Shown here in pieces: positions 24,241-32,511 of a stretch of 40,955 nucleotides of DNA; position 1 is the stretch's first letter; each line of letters opens with the position of its first letter. The translations under genes and the position numbers were made by a program. The notes beneath the pieces were generated by a model. The model saw nothing but the letters and a program-made list of their open reading frames with translations, ran no database searches and was not told where the DNA came from. The stretch spans positions 1 through 40,955 of the forward strand of contig JAFYOL010000025.1 in NCBI GenBank assembly GCA_017560205.1, written 5' to 3'. This DNA is from Erysipelotrichaceae bacterium. Its GTDB lineage: Bacteria > Bacillota_I > Bacilli_A > Erysipelotrichales > Erysipelotrichaceae.

Positions 24241-26262
24241 ATGGGTAAAAATTCAGTATTACTGCAGCCAATTCAGGTTGGCAAACTTACATTAAAAAAC
24301 CGCATCATGTTTCCACCACAGACTACAGGTTATGAAGAACGTGATGGATCCATCGGTGCAAGAAGCTTTGCATTCTATGAAAGAGTTGCAAAGGGTGGAG
24401 CATCTTACGTTGTTATCGGGGACGTAGCTCCAGTTATGACTGCATCACCAACACCTAAGCTGTGTGATGATCGTCAGATTCCAACATTCAAGAAACTTGC
24501 AGATAAAATGCATGAATATGACTGCAAGGTAGCACTTCAGATTTTCCACCCTGAGTACGATGTACCAGGTGTTGGACGTATGATCATGGTATCAAGAAAA
24601 GCGATGATGGAAGCTCAGCAGGCAAAAGAAGCAGGCGATATGGCTGCATTTGGTGCTAAGATGGCTGAAGCGAAACAGCTGAGTGATGCTGCTTATGCAA
24701 AACTGCATCATGACATGAAGCACTTTGTATCTGAAGCAACTGTAGATCAGCTCAATCAGATCAAGGATGCAATTGCACAGTCTGCAAGACGTGCCCAGGA
24801 AGCTGGCATTGATGCGATTGAAATTCATGGTGACCGTCTGTTAGGTTCACTGTGCTCTACACTGCTGAATCATCGTACAGATGAATACGGTGGAGTACTG
24901 GAAAACCGTGTTCGTTATGCTCTGGAAGTTGTAAAGGCTATCAAGGAAGCTGCTCCAGAAGTGATGGTTGAATACAAGCTGCCATTTATCACAAAGAATG
25001 AAGATGGTACAGACCGTGGTAAAGGCGGTCTGCATGAAGAAGATGGTATCAAATTTGCTAAGATGCTGGAAGAAGCTGGCGTTGACATGATTCAGGTTGC
25101 TCAGGCTAACCATACTGGCAACATGGCAGATACAATCCCTCCAATGGGTACAAGAGAATACAACTGGATGCTTCCAATCACCAAGAGAGTCAAAGAAGTT
25201 GTATCTATTCCAGTAGCTGTTGTAGGTAAAGTGGTTACTGTGAAAAATGGTGAAGAAATTCTGGAACGCGGCGATGCAGACATTATCTGCTATGGACGTT
25301 CACTGCTGTGTGATCCAGATATTCCAAATAAAGTGGCAACTGATGAACCAATCCGTGAATGCCTCAACTGCAACAAGGGCTGCGTGGATGCAATTCAGGG
25401 ACGTCGCTACATCTCTTGCGTACTGAATGCTGAAAATGGTGATGAAGCGACAATCTTCATTAAACCTGCAGAAGAAAAGAAGAACGTTGTGGTTGTCGGT
25501 GCTGGTATTGCCGGTCTTGAAGCAGCACGTGTTGCCGCAATCAAGGGTCACAATGTAACAGTTTATGAAAAAGAAGATCGCATTGGTGGTCAGATTCATA
25601 TCGCTGCAGCTCCTCCTCGCAAGGATGAAATTCTGCGTTCAGTGGCTTACTATGAAGCAGTTCTGCCTCGTTTTGAAAATGTAACTGTGAAGCTGAACAC
25701 TGAATTCACAAAGGATATGGCAGCTGGTGCTGATGCAGTTATCGTTGCGGTTGGTGCACATGATTTCGCATTGCCAATTGCAGGTGCTGACAAGGAAAAC
25801 GTTGTATCAAGCTGGGATGTACTGGCTGGTAAAGCAGCAGTTACAGGTAAAGTCGCTGTTATCGGTGGTGGACTTGTAGGTGCTGAAACTGCAGATTATC
25901 TAGCAGAAAAGGGTTGTGAAGTGACAATCGTTGAAATGACAGACAAGATTGCTAGTGGTGAATCTTCAACAGTTATGCCAACTCTGATGGCAAACTATGC
26001 AAAATATGGCGTAAAACAGCTGGTAAACACAAAAGTAAGCGCAATTGAAGACGGTAAAGTTCTGGCCGTGAACACTGCAGATAACACTGATGTCGTTGTT
26101 GAATGCGACTATGTTGTGATGGCTGTTGGTTCAAAGAAGAACGTTCTGGATGTTGAAGGCGTTGAAGTTCCTGTTTACTATGCAGGTGACTGCGCTGGTG
26201 AAAGAACTGCTGATATCGCTTCTGCAATCCGCGGCGGCTATAAGGCAGCGAACGAAATTTAA
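24241..26262 (+). CDS. NAD(P)H-dependent flavin oxidoreductase, 2,4-dienoyl-CoA reductase / enoate reductase family (OYE FMN barrel, 4Fe-4S, FAD/NAD domain)
   Basis: 673 aa. The N-terminus is OYE-like (LKNRIMFPPQTT...). The cluster motif is CLNCNKGC...C. The Rossmann motifs are VVVGAGIAGLEAA and VIGGGLVGAETA. An extra Ala/Lys-rich helical insert lies before the IEIHG strand. Confidence 0.8.
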   Translation: MGKNSVLLQPIQVGKLTLKNRIMFPPQTTGYEERDGSIGARSFAFYERVAKGGASYVVIGDVAPVMTASPTPKLCDDRQIPTFKKLADKMHEYDCKVALQIFHPEYDVPGVGRMIMVSRKAMMEAQQAKEAGDMAAFGAKMAEAKQLSDAAYAKLHHDMKHFVSEATVDQLNQIKDAIAQSARRAQEAGIDAIEIHGDRLLGSLCSTLLNHRTDEYGGVLENRVRYALEVVKAIKEAAPEVMVEYKLPFITKNEDGTDRGKGGLHEEDGIKFAKMLEEAGVDMIQVAQANHTGNMADTIPPMGTREYNWMLPITKRVKEVVSIPVAVVGKVVTVKNGEEILERGDADIICYGRSLLCDPDIPNKVATDEPIRECLNCNKGCVDAIQGRRYISCVLNAENGDEATIFIKPAEEKKNVVVVGAGIAGLEAARVAAIKGHNVTVYEKEDRIGGQIHIAAAPPRKDEILRSVAYYEAVLPRFENVTVKLNTEFTKDMAAGADAVIVAVGAHDFALPIAGADKENVVSSWDVLAGKAAVTGKVAVIGGGLVGAETADYLAEKGCEVTIVEMTDKIASGESSTVMPTLMANYAKYGVKQLVNTKVSAIEDGKVLAVNTADNTDVVVECDYVVMAVGSKKNVLDVEGVEVPVYYAGDCAGERTADIASAIRGGYKAANEI

Positions 26263-26270
26263 TTCAAGTC

Positions 26271-26303
26271 AAGACCACACTTGTTTTCAGTGTGGTCTTC
26301 TTT
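26271..26303 (+). terminator. Probable intrinsic terminator between the two flavoenzyme genes
   Basis: AAGACCACAC-TTGTTTTCA-GTGTGGTCTT forms a 10-bp stem followed by CTTTC, a weak T-run. Confidence 0.5.
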
Positions 26304-26316
26304 CAAGGAGAAGATT

Positions 26317-28263
26317 ATGACAAGATATGAACATTTGTTTACTCCGATCAAAGTCGGAAAGAAAGAGATTCGCAATCGTGTCTGGATGCCGCCGATTTCA
26401 ACCAACCTTGCCAACAAGGGATATGTAACGGATGAACTGGTGCAGCATTATGGTATGCGTGCTAAAGGCGGAATCGGACTGATTGTCTCTGAAGTAGTGA
26501 CAGTTGAACCAACTTACATCTATCTGCCAGGTGATATGCATATTTATGATGACTCCTTTATTGATGGATGGAAAAAGGTATTCGATGAAGTACACAAGCA
26601 TGGTACAGTGCTGCTGCCTCAGCTGTTTCATCCAGCCTATATGGCATTTCCGATTCCAGGAACTCCACAGCTGGTAGCACCTAGTCATGTAGGTCCTTAC
26701 TATGCAAAAAGTGCACCTCGTCCAATCACAAAAGAGGAAATCAAAGTACTGATTGGACAGTTTGCGGATGCAGCAGAACGTGTTTTAAAAGCCGGCGGTG
26801 ATGGTGTTGAAATCCATGCAGCTCATGCCCATGGCATGCTGGGAGGCTTCCTGTCACCTTTATACAACAAGCGTACCGATGAATATGGCGGAGATATTCA
26901 TGGTCGTCTGCGTCTGACATTAGAAGTGATTGAAGCAGTGCGTCAGCGCTGTGGTGAAGATTTCATCATTGATGTGCGCATTTCAGGTGATGAATACACA
27001 GATGGCGGTTTGACTCTGCGTGATATGGTGTATGTGGCAAAACAGCTGGAAAAAGCTGGTGTGGATATGCTTCATGTATCAGGCGGTATGACGATCAAAC
27101 GCGGAAGCTCAATTCCTGCAGCTGGCACAAAACTGGCAGCTCATGCCCACTTATCAGAAGAAATCAAAAAGGCAGTTTCAATTCCAGTGGCAACTGTAGG
27201 TCGTGTTACAGAAGCCTGGGCAGCAGATGAACTGATTGCCAACGGCAAGGCAGATGCCTGCATGATGGGACGTGCTACACTGTGTGAACCTGAGTTTGCC
27301 AACAAGGCCTATGAAGGCAGAGACATTGAAATTCGTCCATGCATTGGCTGTTTAAGATGTTTGAACGGTATCATGTTTGGTAAGCGTGTTGCCTGCACAA
27401 TCAATCCGTCCTTTGAACTGGTCAACGAAGATACATTGCAGGAAGCAAAGACAAAGAAAAATGTTCTGGTGATTGGTGCTGGTCCTGCCGGGATGGAAGC
27501 TGCTTACGTTGCGGCAAAACGTGGACACCATGTTGTGTTGTGTGAATCCAAAGATGAACTGGGTGGAGCATTGAAACCAGCTGGTGTACCTATCGGCAAA
27601 CAGGATCTGACTCGTGTGATTCAGTACATGGCTCATCGTCTTGAAACATCAGGTGTGGATGTACGATTGAATACAACGGTAACAGAAGAAATGCTGAAGG
27701 GTGAATTCAAAGACTACGAAGTGATTTCAGCTCATGGTGCTAAACCAAATGTGATCAAGCCATTTGAAGTGTTCAAACAGACCATGACTGCTGATGATAT
27801 CCTGTGCGGCAAGGCATTCCCAGGTCGAAAGATTGTGATTATTGGCGGCGGCAGCGTAGGCTGTGAAACTGCAGATTATCTGGCTCCACTGCTGAATGAC
27901 AGATTCCCACGCAATCGTGATGTCACAGTGCTTGAAATGGCACCTGAAATCATGATGGCAGAAAGTGGTGCAGGTCGTTCTCATCTGGTGCTTCGTATGA
28001 TTGAAAAGGGCATTCACATTGAATGCGGTGCAAAAGTAACATCTGTCACAGAAACTGAAATCCACTATGAACAAAACGGTGTTGAACATGTCATCTCAGA
28101 TGCAGATACACTGGTGTTCGCAAATGGATATCATGTGGATCCATCAGTAGAAGAAATGCTGAAAAATGCAGGTGTTGTGTACCATATCATTGGTGATGGT
28201 CTGAAACCAGCCAACATCAAAGAGGCAATTACACAGGCTTGGAACCTTGCGAAAGATCTGTAA
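26317..28263 (+). CDS. NAD(P)H-dependent flavin oxidoreductase, same OYE/4Fe-4S/FAD family (paralogue)
   Basis: The ORF track gives 26281..28263. The ATG at 26317 follows AAGGAGA. It carries MTRYEHLFTPIKVGKKEIRNRVWMPP..., EIHAAHAHGMLGGFLSP, CIGCLRC...C, LVIGAGPAGMEAA and IIGGGSVGCETA. Confidence 0.8.
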   Translation: MTRYEHLFTPIKVGKKEIRNRVWMPPISTNLANKGYVTDELVQHYGMRAKGGIGLIVSEVVTVEPTYIYLPGDMHIYDDSFIDGWKKVFDEVHKHGTVLLPQLFHPAYMAFPIPGTPQLVAPSHVGPYYAKSAPRPITKEEIKVLIGQFADAAERVLKAGGDGVEIHAAHAHGMLGGFLSPLYNKRTDEYGGDIHGRLRLTLEVIEAVRQRCGEDFIIDVRISGDEYTDGGLTLRDMVYVAKQLEKAGVDMLHVSGGMTIKRGSSIPAAGTKLAAHAHLSEEIKKAVSIPVATVGRVTEAWAADELIANGKADACMMGRATLCEPEFANKAYEGRDIEIRPCIGCLRCLNGIMFGKRVACTINPSFELVNEDTLQEAKTKKNVLVIGAGPAGMEAAYVAAKRGHHVVLCESKDELGGALKPAGVPIGKQDLTRVIQYMAHRLETSGVDVRLNTTVTEEMLKGEFKDYEVISAHGAKPNVIKPFEVFKQTMTADDILCGKAFPGRKIVIIGGGSVGCETADYLAPLLNDRFPRNRDVTVLEMAPEIMMAESGAGRSHLVLRMIEKGIHIECGAKVTSVTETEIHYEQNGVEHVISDADTLVFANGYHVDPSVEEMLKNAGVVYHIIGDGLKPANIKEAITQAWNLAKDL

Positions 28264-28268
28264 TAATG

Positions 28269-28301
28269 AAGGAAGTTCAATTTGAACTTCCTTTTGTTTT
28301 T
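28269..28301 (+). terminator. Intrinsic terminator
   Basis: The near-perfect palindrome AAGGAAGTTCAA-T-TTGAACTTCCTT is followed by TTGTTTTTT. Confidence 0.8.
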
Positions 28302-28362
28302 TGCTTTACAACGGATATGAGTTGTGATAAACTATCGACAATTTAAAATTCAGGAGGGTAAC

Positions 28363-29082
28363 ATGAAAAAAGCTGCATTCTTTGATATTGATGGAACACT
28401 TTATCGCGAAGGATTGATTACAGAAGTCTTTAAAAAGTTTGTTACGTATGAATTGGTTGATGCCAACAAATGGCATGATGAAGTAAAACCATCCTTTATG
28501 AAATATGATCGTCGTCAGGGAGAATATGATGACTATCTGAACAAGATGATTGACATCTATAAAAAGACACTTGTCGGTCTTTCCAGTGAACATATTCTGC
28601 ACATCGCTAATACAGTGATTAAGCAGAAGGGTGAAAGAGTGTATACATTTACACGTGATCAGATTTTGAAACACAAAGAAGATGGTACTTTGGTGATTGC
28701 GGTCAGTGGTTCACCATTGGAACTGGTTGAAGCGATGGCTAGAAAACATCAGTTTGATGATTGCCGTGGTACAACTTATGTCACAGATGAACATGGCAAA
28801 TATACAGGAGAAGTGATTCCAATGTGGGATCACAGAAGCAAGAAAAAAGCTCTGCTTTCTTTGGCAGAGCAGTATGATATCGATTTATCTGAAAGTTATG
28901 CATATGGTGATACGACAGGGGACTTTACGATGTTTGAACTGGTGGGTCATCCTTATGCGATCAATCCGACAAGAGAACTGATTGAAAAAATCAGAAGTTC
29001 AGAAGAAGTTTCAAAAAAGATTACGATTATTGTTGAACGTAAAAACATGATTTATAAATTAAGTCTGGATCATATACAATAA
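28363..29082 (+). CDS. HAD-IB family hydrolase (SerB-like subfamily)
   Basis: MKKAAFFDIDGTLYREGL is motif I and ...YGDTTGDFTMF... is motif IV. The ATG at 28363 follows AGGAGGG. The track start at 28324 is too long. Confidence 0.8.
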   Translation: MKKAAFFDIDGTLYREGLITEVFKKFVTYELVDANKWHDEVKPSFMKYDRRQGEYDDYLNKMIDIYKKTLVGLSSEHILHIANTVIKQKGERVYTFTRDQILKHKEDGTLVIAVSGSPLELVEAMARKHQFDDCRGTTYVTDEHGKYTGEVIPMWDHRSKKKALLSLAEQYDIDLSESYAYGDTTGDFTMFELVGHPYAINPTRELIEKIRSSEEVSKKITIIVERKNMIYKLSLDHIQ

Positions 29083-29104
29083 ATGCCTGCATGTTGCAGG
29101 CATT
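29082..29104. terminator. Bidirectional intrinsic terminator
   Basis: AATGCCTGCA-TGT-TGCAGGCATT forms a 10-bp stem. It sits between convergent genes, and a T-run follows on the plus strand. Confidence 0.8.
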
Positions 29105-29570
29105 AGTTTTTGATTTGTCTTTCCATGATATTGATGGCTTCACGGTATGCTCTTTCATCAAAACCAGTGTAGAAATTGCAGTGAACCAGATAATCCTGTA
29201 AGGAATCAATCCACATGTCATCTAAGATGACGAAGTGATTGAAGTCATGTTGATTCAGATAATTGAGAATCTGTACTGCACGGTCTTCACCTTCAAGTTC
29301 TGTTCTGCCTTGAATGGTTCCTTCAAAGCCGCACGCTTTCAATAAATTGATGCATCCTTCCATGTTGGTGCGATGGGATGTAGTCAGTACAACTTCCATC
29401 TGATAAGTATGAATCAGATTGTTGACTCTCTGGATGATGGCTTTGTAGTCACCTTCAGGGATAATCCAGACACCATCAAAGTCCAGAAACAGTAAATTGG
29501 TGGCAGATGCTTTTTTTAGAGTGTTGATTTGATGATGAATCTGTGAATATCGAAGTTTACCGGTGCTCAT
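29103..29570 (-). CDS. Hypothetical HAD-like protein (DxDGV motif)
   Basis: The ORF track gives 29103..29603. The ATG at 29570 follows AGGAGA at 6 nt. LLFLDFDGVWIIPEG... and ...FVILDD... suggest a minimal HAD-type fold. The function is unknown. Confidence 0.55.
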   Translation of the reverse strand: MSTGKLRYSQIHHQINTLKKASATNLLFLDFDGVWIIPEGDYKAIIQRVNNLIHTYQMEVVLTTSHRTNMEGCINLLKACGFEGTIQGRTELEGEDRAVQILNYLNQHDFNHFVILDDMWIDSLQDYLVHCNFYTGFDERAYREAINIMERQIKN

Positions 29571-29681
29571 AGAATTCTCCTGTGTTTTTATGTATTGTAT
29601 CATATTTCAGGGTGTTGTTAAGTTATCACTGGCATAAACAGTTAAAATAATGTAAACTATATGGGATAAAGGAGGGATTTC

Positions 29682-30578
29682 ATGAAGAGTATTGTAAGTA
29701 TTCATTCTATGAATGAAATCAATTCAGCCAAAGCACTTGGTGTTTCCACAGTGATGGTTGGTCTTAAAGACTTTCAAAGTGGAAGTGATGGTGTTTTTGC
29801 GTTAGAAGATGTAAAAGCGCTGAAAGAAGCGTGTGATGAAAAAGAACTTGGTCTGATGGTTATGATGAACCGTCTGTATTTTGATGAAGAAACGCAGTCA
29901 GTTGAAACTGCAGTAGAAGCTTTACTGAACATGGGATGCCGTATTCTGTATTGTGATCCAATGGTTTATCTGAGTGCAGTCAAACTGAGTAAGGTCAATC
30001 AGCTGGTGTATGATGCAAGTACATTGATGTGCAATTCCAATGATGTATCTTTGATGCAATCTTTGGGATTGGACAGTGTAGTGCTTTCCCGTGAGATTAC
30101 ACTGGAAGAGATTTGTGCAATCGCAAAGAAATCAGTGGGTAAAACTATTGTGCAGGTTTATGGTTATCAGGTCATGGCTCATTCAAAGCGTCATTTCTTA
30201 AGAAACTATATGAAGGAAATCAACAAAGATCTCAATCTTGAAGATCTGCGTGATCTGACTCTCATTGAAACAACTCGTACAGGCAGAATGCCGATTCTTG
30301 AAGAAAAGGATGGCTGTCGTATTTATACAGATTATATTCTGTGCGCAATCAAGGAACTTGATGCAATGAAAGAAGCAGGGGTTGATGAAATTCTGCTGGA
30401 TGGCATTTTCATTGACCGTAATGAATATAGTGAATCAATTCAGTGTTTTATGGATGTGCTCAATGGTGCAGATGCTGCTGAAAAGTATGCTTCCATGAAA
30501 CAGAAGAATGATGCAATCAGTGAAGGGTACATGTACACTCGTACCAATTTGTTGAAAACGGAAGGAGAAGGACGATGA
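29682..30578 (+). CDS. Peptidase U32 family protein, YrrN-like (tRNA ho5U34 synthesis partner, TrhP1-type)
   Basis: 298 aa. VQVYGYQVMAHSKRHFLRNYM parallels B. subtilis YrrN VQVHGMTCMFQSKRSLIGNYF. It lacks the Cys-rich U32 signature, as YrrN does. AAAGGAGGG RBS. Confidence 0.7.
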   Translation: MKSIVSIHSMNEINSAKALGVSTVMVGLKDFQSGSDGVFALEDVKALKEACDEKELGLMVMMNRLYFDEETQSVETAVEALLNMGCRILYCDPMVYLSAVKLSKVNQLVYDASTLMCNSNDVSLMQSLGLDSVVLSREITLEEICAIAKKSVGKTIVQVYGYQVMAHSKRHFLRNYMKEINKDLNLEDLRDLTLIETTRTGRMPILEEKDGCRIYTDYILCAIKELDAMKEAGVDEILLDGIFIDRNEYSESIQCFMDVLNGADAAEKYASMKQKNDAISEGYMYTRTNLLKTEGEGR

Positions 30579-31795
30579 AACACAGTATTGAACTTCTTTC
30601 TCCTGCAGGAGATCTGCAGCGTGCAAAAATAGCGATTCGTTATGGTGCCGATGCGGTGTATCTAGGTGGGAAGAAATTCTCATTGAGAAGCCGTGCCAGC
30701 AACTTTGATATTGAAGATATTGCAGAAGCTGTACGTTATGCCAATCAGTATGGTGCTCATATTCATGTCACCATCAACATCATTCCTCATGAAGAGGATT
30801 TTGAAGGTATTGAAGAATATCTGAAGACATTGGAATCGATTGGAGTTACGGCTATTATTGTTGCCAGTCCAACGATTGTTCATCTGGCTAAGAAAGTAGC
30901 TCCTAAACTGGAAGTGCATTTGAGCACACAGATGAGTTCAACGAATCTGGCTTGTGTCAAACTGTATGAAAGCTGGGGAGCAGATCGTGTGGTTTTAGCA
31001 CGTGAATGTTCAATGGATCAGATCCGCCATATCTGTGCCAACACACAGACACCTATTGAAGCTTTCGTACATGGTGCGATGTGTGCCAATTTCTCAGGAC
31101 GATGCACACTGTCCAACGCGATGACATTGCGTGATGCCAATCGTGGTGGATGTGCACAGAGCTGTCGCTGGAAATATCATCTGATGCAGAATGAAGAAAT
31201 GATTTCTGATCCAGATCATCCATTCTCCATGAGTTCAAAAGACCTGCTGGCATTTGAACATGTCTATGACATGATGCAGGCTGGTGTTGCTTCTTTGAAG
31301 ATTGAAGGACGTATGAAAAGTGGTTACTACATTGCCACTGTCATCAAGACATATCGCATGTTGATTGATGAACTGGAGGCAACAGGCAAACCATTGAGTC
31401 CTGAACGTGTGGCTTATTATGCCAACGAATTCACCAAGGCTGAAAACCGCCCAACATGTTATGGATTCTTGGATCATGAACCGGATGAAAATGATCATCT
31501 TTATGGTATCAATGGTGCAGGGGTTACTCATGACTTTCTGGCAGTTGTGCTTGAAGACAGTGATGAAGATGGCTGGACAAAGATTGAAGTCGGAAACCGT
31601 TTTGCCAAGGGCGAAATCATGGAAGTGTTTGGCCCATCTATCGACAATGAACGTTTTGTCGTAGAAGACATCAAAGACACTGATGGTTTAATCCTTGATC
31701 TTTGCAACAAGCCAATGACAACAGTCTATATCAAATCACCATTCAAGATGAATGCAGAAGATATGATTCGTCGAGGTGAGCGTCATGATTCTTGA
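30575..31795 (+). CDS. trhP: Peptidase U32 family protein, YrrO-like (tRNA ho5U34 synthesis, TrhP-type)
   Basis: 406 aa. ELLSPAGDLQRAKIAIRYGADAVYLGG is present, and the U32 signature reads EAFVHGAMCANFSGRCTLSN...NRGGCAQSCRW. The start overlaps the upstream stop (ATGA). Confidence 0.75.
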   Translation: MKHSIELLSPAGDLQRAKIAIRYGADAVYLGGKKFSLRSRASNFDIEDIAEAVRYANQYGAHIHVTINIIPHEEDFEGIEEYLKTLESIGVTAIIVASPTIVHLAKKVAPKLEVHLSTQMSSTNLACVKLYESWGADRVVLARECSMDQIRHICANTQTPIEAFVHGAMCANFSGRCTLSNAMTLRDANRGGCAQSCRWKYHLMQNEEMISDPDHPFSMSSKDLLAFEHVYDMMQAGVASLKIEGRMKSGYYIATVIKTYRMLIDELEATGKPLSPERVAYYANEFTKAENRPTCYGFLDHEPDENDHLYGINGAGVTHDFLAVVLEDSDEDGWTKIEVGNRFAKGEIMEVFGPSIDNERFVVEDIKDTDGLILDLCNKPMTTVYIKSPFKMNAEDMIRRGERHDS

Positions 31796-32510
31796 GGGTT
31801 CATTATCGGTTAAGGCAGCGCTTCAAAATGGAAGACGCAAAGTTCATCGTCTTTTGATTGATGAAAAGAAAAAAGATCGTGATACAGGGTATATTCTGTT
31901 TCTTGCAAGAGAAATGAACATTCCTGTAGAACGTATGAAAAGAGAAGATTTGGATGCGTTAGCTGTAGGCAAGACACATGGTGGGGTGCTTGCGGAAACA
32001 GATTCACGCATTTATCAGGATCTTTCAGAATGTCTGAAAACAGAAAATCCATTTATTGTATTTCTGGAAGGCATTGAAGATCCATTTAATCTTGGCTATA
32101 TTGCCAGAACACTGGCTGCAGTAGGCTGCAGCGGTTTAATGATGCCTGAAAGAGACTTCAGTTATTCTGAATCGGTCATTCTTAAATCATCAGCCGGAGC
32201 CAGTGAAAGCATTAACTGGGTGATGTCAAAACAGCCTGTAGAAGATCTGAAACGATTGAAACAGGAAGGTTTGACATGCATCTGTGCTTATCGTGATCAG
32301 GCAATTGAGATGTATGATGCAGACTTTAAGAAACCAATCGTTTTGTGCATTGGTGGAGAAATGAGAGGTCTGAGTCGTGATGTGCTGAAGGAAAGCGATG
32401 TAAACATGGTGATTCCATATTCAACAGATTTCCGTAATGCGCTCAATGCATCCAGTGCAGCTGCTGCCATCTGTTTTGAAGCACAGAGACAGCGTGCAAG
32501 GGGGAAATAA
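31785..32510 (+). CDS. TrmH/SpoU family RNA 2'-O-methyltransferase (RlmB/YacO-like)
   Basis: MILEGSLSVKAALQNGRRKVHRLLI... is the substrate-binding N-domain. The SpoU motifs are LEGIEDPFNLGYIART, LCIGGEMRGLS and IPYSTDFRNALNASSAAAI. It overlaps the upstream gene by 11 nt. A GTG at 31776 is an alternative start. Confidence 0.8.
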   Translation: MILEGSLSVKAALQNGRRKVHRLLIDEKKKDRDTGYILFLAREMNIPVERMKREDLDALAVGKTHGGVLAETDSRIYQDLSECLKTENPFIVFLEGIEDPFNLGYIARTLAAVGCSGLMMPERDFSYSESVILKSSAGASESINWVMSKQPVEDLKRLKQEGLTCICAYRDQAIEMYDADFKKPIVLCIGGEMRGLSRDVLKESDVNMVIPYSTDFRNALNASSAAAAICFEAQRQRARGK

Positions 32511-32511
32511 A

